From positions 120,001-152,000 of the forward strand of contig CP116499.1 in the NCBI GenBank assembly GCA_030849405.1: DNA of 32,000 bases, given 5' to 3'. The position numbers were made by a program, and so were the translations under genes. The DNA is from Candidatus Saccharimonadota bacterium (GTDB lineage: Bacteria; Pseudomonadota; Gammaproteobacteria; Enterobacterales; Enterobacteriaceae_A). Below are positions 29,544-32,000 of the stretch, one piece after another. The notes beneath the pieces were generated by a model that worked only from the letters and a program-made list of their open reading frames with translations, was not told the DNA's origin and made no database searches. How positions within the stretch are numbered: position 1 is the first letter of the stretch; each line of letters starts with the position of its first letter.

Positions 29544-30902
29544 TTATTTATTTAAATAATTATCAAATCTTGATAATTTGGCATTAAAATTTAAAAAAAA
29601 ATCACCAATAGGGCCATTTCTTTGTTTTCCAATAATAATTTGAGCAATATTTTTAAATTTACTGTTTTTATTATATATTTCATCACGATAAACAAATAAT
29701 ATTAAATCTGCATCTTGTTCAATTGAACCTGATTCTCTTAAATCAGAATTAACTGGTTTTTTATCATTTCTTTGTTCAAGTGATCTATTTAATTGAGATA
29801 ACGCTAATATAGGAACATTAAGTTCTTTAGCTAAAGATTTAAGAGAACGTGAAATTTCAGATATTTCTAATGTACGATTATTTAATAAATTAGGTACACG
29901 TATTAATTGTAAATAATCAATCATTATTAGACTAATACCATTATTTTCTCTATAAACTTTTCTTGATTTTGCTCTTATTTCATTAGGAGTTAAACAAGAA
30001 GAATCATCTATATATATATTACGATTTTCTAATAAAATTCCCATAACTTTAGATAAACGATTCCAATCTTTATTATTTAATTGTCCATTACGAATACGAG
30101 TTTGATTTACACGTGATAAAGAAGATAACATACGTATCATAATTTGTTCACCTGACATTTCTAAACTAAATATTAATACTGGTTTTTTTTGTATCATTGA
30201 AATATTTTCACATAAATTCATAGCAAATGTAGTTTTACCCATAGACGGTCTTGAAGCAATAATTATTAAATCAGATTTTTGAAAACCACCTGTTTTTTTA
30301 TTTAAATCTAAATAACCAGTATCTATACCAATAATACCATTATTAGGGTTTTTATAAAATAATTCAATACGTGACATAGTATTATCTAAAATTTTATCAA
30401 TATTTTGAGGTTCATTTTCTTTTTTTAATCTAATTTCTGAAATTTTAAATATTTTAGATTCTGCTAAATCAATTAATTCTTCATATGTTCTTCCATTAGG
30501 ATAATAACATGCTTCAGTAATTTCATTTGAAACAATAATCATTTCTCTAATAATAGCACGTTCACGAACAATATCTGTATATGATAAAATATTTGTAAAA
30601 TTTGGAGTATTTTGTGATAATTCAATTAAATATGAAAAACCACCTATTAAATTTAGTTTATTTTTTTTTTTTAATGCTTCTGATAAAATAATTAAATCTA
30701 ATGATTTATTAGTATTTAATAAAAAACTTATTTCTTCAAAAATAATTTTATGTTGATTACTATAAAAATCATTAATATGAATACGATTTATAATATTTCC
30801 CCAATTACTATTATCTAATATCAAACTACCTAATATACATTGTTCTGCTTCTAAAGAATGAGGTAATAATTTTATATTGTCTTTTTTTTTAATATTATAC
30901 AT
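29544..30902 (-). CDS. dnaB: Replicative DNA helicase DnaB
   Basis: LPHSLEAEQCILGSLILDN..W.........DFY...H..IF.E.........DLI.LSE.L......GGFSYL.ELS.NTP...NI..Y.DIVRERA..REMI.V.NEI.E......GR...E.L.DLAES..FKI.E...IIASRPSMGKTTFAMNL.EN......KPVLIFSLEM..EQIM.R.L.SLSRV.QT.IR.GQL...DW.R......DDSS.LTP.E.R...R.......LIMIDYLQL.RVP......RTLEI.EISRSLK.LAKELNVP..ALSQLNRSLEQR.DK.PVNSDLRESGSIEQDADLI.F.YRDE.Y......IA.IIIGKQRNGPIG is colinear with E. coli DnaB. An AGGA SD lies upstream. Confidence 0.98.
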   Translation of the reverse strand: MYNIKKKDNIKLLPHSLEAEQCILGSLILDNSNWGNIINRIHINDFYSNQHKIIFEEISFLLNTNKSLDLIILSEALKKKNKLNLIGGFSYLIELSQNTPNFTNILSYTDIVRERAIIREMIIVSNEITEACYYPNGRTYEELIDLAESKIFKISEIRLKKENEPQNIDKILDNTMSRIELFYKNPNNGIIGIDTGYLDLNKKTGGFQKSDLIIIASRPSMGKTTFAMNLCENISMIQKKPVLIFSLEMSGEQIMIRMLSSLSRVNQTRIRNGQLNNKDWNRLSKVMGILLENRNIYIDDSSCLTPNEIRAKSRKVYRENNGISLIMIDYLQLIRVPNLLNNRTLEISEISRSLKSLAKELNVPILALSQLNRSLEQRNDKKPVNSDLRESGSIEQDADLILFVYRDEIYNKNSKFKNIAQIIIGKQRNGPIGDFFLNFNAKLSRFDNYLNK

Positions 30903-31169
30903 TTTAATTATCCTAATAAATATTTTAAATTTAATTAAATTTATAATATTTTAAAATAATTTTTTTTATTAAAAATAATTATTTTAAAATTATTGATTTT
31001 TAAAAGAATATTTATATATTAATTTATATAATTATTATATATTTAATATATTATAAATATATTTTATACAATTTATATTAAAATAAAATTAATATAATTA
31101 ATTATAATAAAATTAAAAATATTAATTATTTAAATTTAAAATATTTTATTTAAAACAAAGGATTATTAA

Positions 31170-31727
31170 ATGTTAACACTTAATTTTTTAGTTAAAAATA
31201 TTATAGATTTTTGTACTATTAGTTTTTTATTAAGAATTTGGATCGAATGGGCATTTATAAAATTTGATCATCCTTTTATAATTTTTATTATTAAAATTAC
31301 TCAAATTCCTATTAATATTATTAAAAAATTTATACCTTCAATTAATTCTATATATAATATATCTTTATTTATATCATTTGTGTTAATGTTAATTAAATTC
31401 ATATTATTATCATATATACAAAATACTTCACCAATTACAAATTTTCCAATTACTATTTTATTATCTTTAATATCTTTAATTAAAATATCAAATTATTTAA
31501 TATTCTGGGTAATTAGTATGTTTATATTAATGAATTGTTTCCAACAAAAAACAAGTTTATTTAAAATTTTTATAACAAAATTATCAAATAAAATTATAAA
31601 ATTATTAAATTTAATAATACCAAAAATAAAAAATATTAATTATTCTTCTGCAATTATAATTTTAATTTTATATTTAATTAATTATATAGGTATTGATTTT
31701 TTAGGAAATATTTGGTTTATGTTATAA
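31170..31727 (+). CDS. yggT: YggT-family integral membrane protein
   Basis: The 185-aa hydrophobic protein starts MLTLNFL......LLRIWIEWA...F.HPF..FI.K.TQ.P......IP. As I recall it, E. coli YggT (188 aa) starts MNTLTFLLSTVIELYTMVLLLRIWMQWAHCDFYNPFSQFVVKVTQPI...IP. The second half (LIFWV......IP.....NYSS.II.L.LYLINY.G) also parallels YggT, consistent with a duplicated YGGT motif. An AAGGA SD lies 7 nt upstream. Confidence 0.75.
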   Translation: MLTLNFLVKNIIDFCTISFLLRIWIEWAFIKFDHPFIIFIIKITQIPINIIKKFIPSINSIYNISLFISFVLMLIKFILLSYIQNTSPITNFPITILLSLISLIKISNYLIFWVISMFILMNCFQQKTSLFKIFITKLSNKIIKLLNLIIPKIKNINYSSAIIILILYLINYIGIDFLGNIWFML

Positions 31728-32000
31728 TATTTTTAATTTATATTAATATTAAATTAAATTTATTATTTTAATATTTATTAATACATTTAAATAAATTTTT
31801 TTTATTTAAATTTAAATTATAAATAAAATTAATTTTATATTTAATAGATAATATAATTTTATCGTATGATTTTAAATAATATAAATAAATTAAATATAAA
31901 TATTTAAACTAAATTTTAATTTTATTTTTAAATAAATATTAGATTATTATTATTTAATATTTATTATATTAATTAAATTTAATATATCTAATGGTATTTT

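Noticed and set aside
31728-32000. Possible gene or RNA in the terminal 273 nt after yggT
   Set aside because: It is A/T-only sequence with stops in all frames and no GC-containing structure. It may be a spacer or the extreme 3' flank of a gene outside the window. Nothing can be called.

Overview
This window is extremely A+T-rich; G+C looks far below typical free-living bacteria by eye, but I did not compute it. It is gene-dense and looks like part of a highly reduced gammaproteobacterial (Enterobacterales-derived) obligate insect endosymbiont genome. I cannot name the organism from sequence alone. Proteins are strongly biased toward Lys, Ile, Asn, Phe and Tyr, and intergenic spacers are almost pure A/T.

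Gene content, in order:
- 1-9674 (+): 3' end of the S10 operon, then complete spc and alpha ribosomal-protein operons (rpsC' rplP rpmC rpsQ rplN rplX rplE rpsN rpsH rplF rplR rpsE rpmD rplO secY rpmJ rpsM rpsK rpsD rpoA rplQ). rpmD and rpmJ are not in the supplied ORF track and were found by eye.
- tRNA-Glu(UUC) (-), rpmE (+), hslU-hslV (-), glyS-glyQ (-).
- rsmH and secA (+), directly adjacent.
- fbaA, tkt, ssb (-).
- iscS-iscU-iscA (+).
- ybeY, tRNA-Trp(CCA), tgt, pta-ackA, dnaB (-).
- yggT (+).

Every ORF of meaningful size can be assigned to a well-known housekeeping family. I see no mobile elements, CRISPR array, defence or toxin loci, or cluster of unknown genes. I therefore do not claim a novel system here.

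The points worth a second look are signatures of genome reduction:
- The rsmH|secA junction implies loss of the whole dcw (division/cell wall) cluster from this locus.
- glyQ has a conserved, open N-terminal region but no canonical start codon.
- pta has lost its N-terminal domain, and secA has lost its C-terminal tail.
- The isc operon is reduced to iscSUA.
- Very long A/T homopolymers lie inside intact CDSs.
- One GC-containing hairpin sits between the convergent genes rpmE and hslU.
- A 31-bp tandem repeat lies upstream of ackA.
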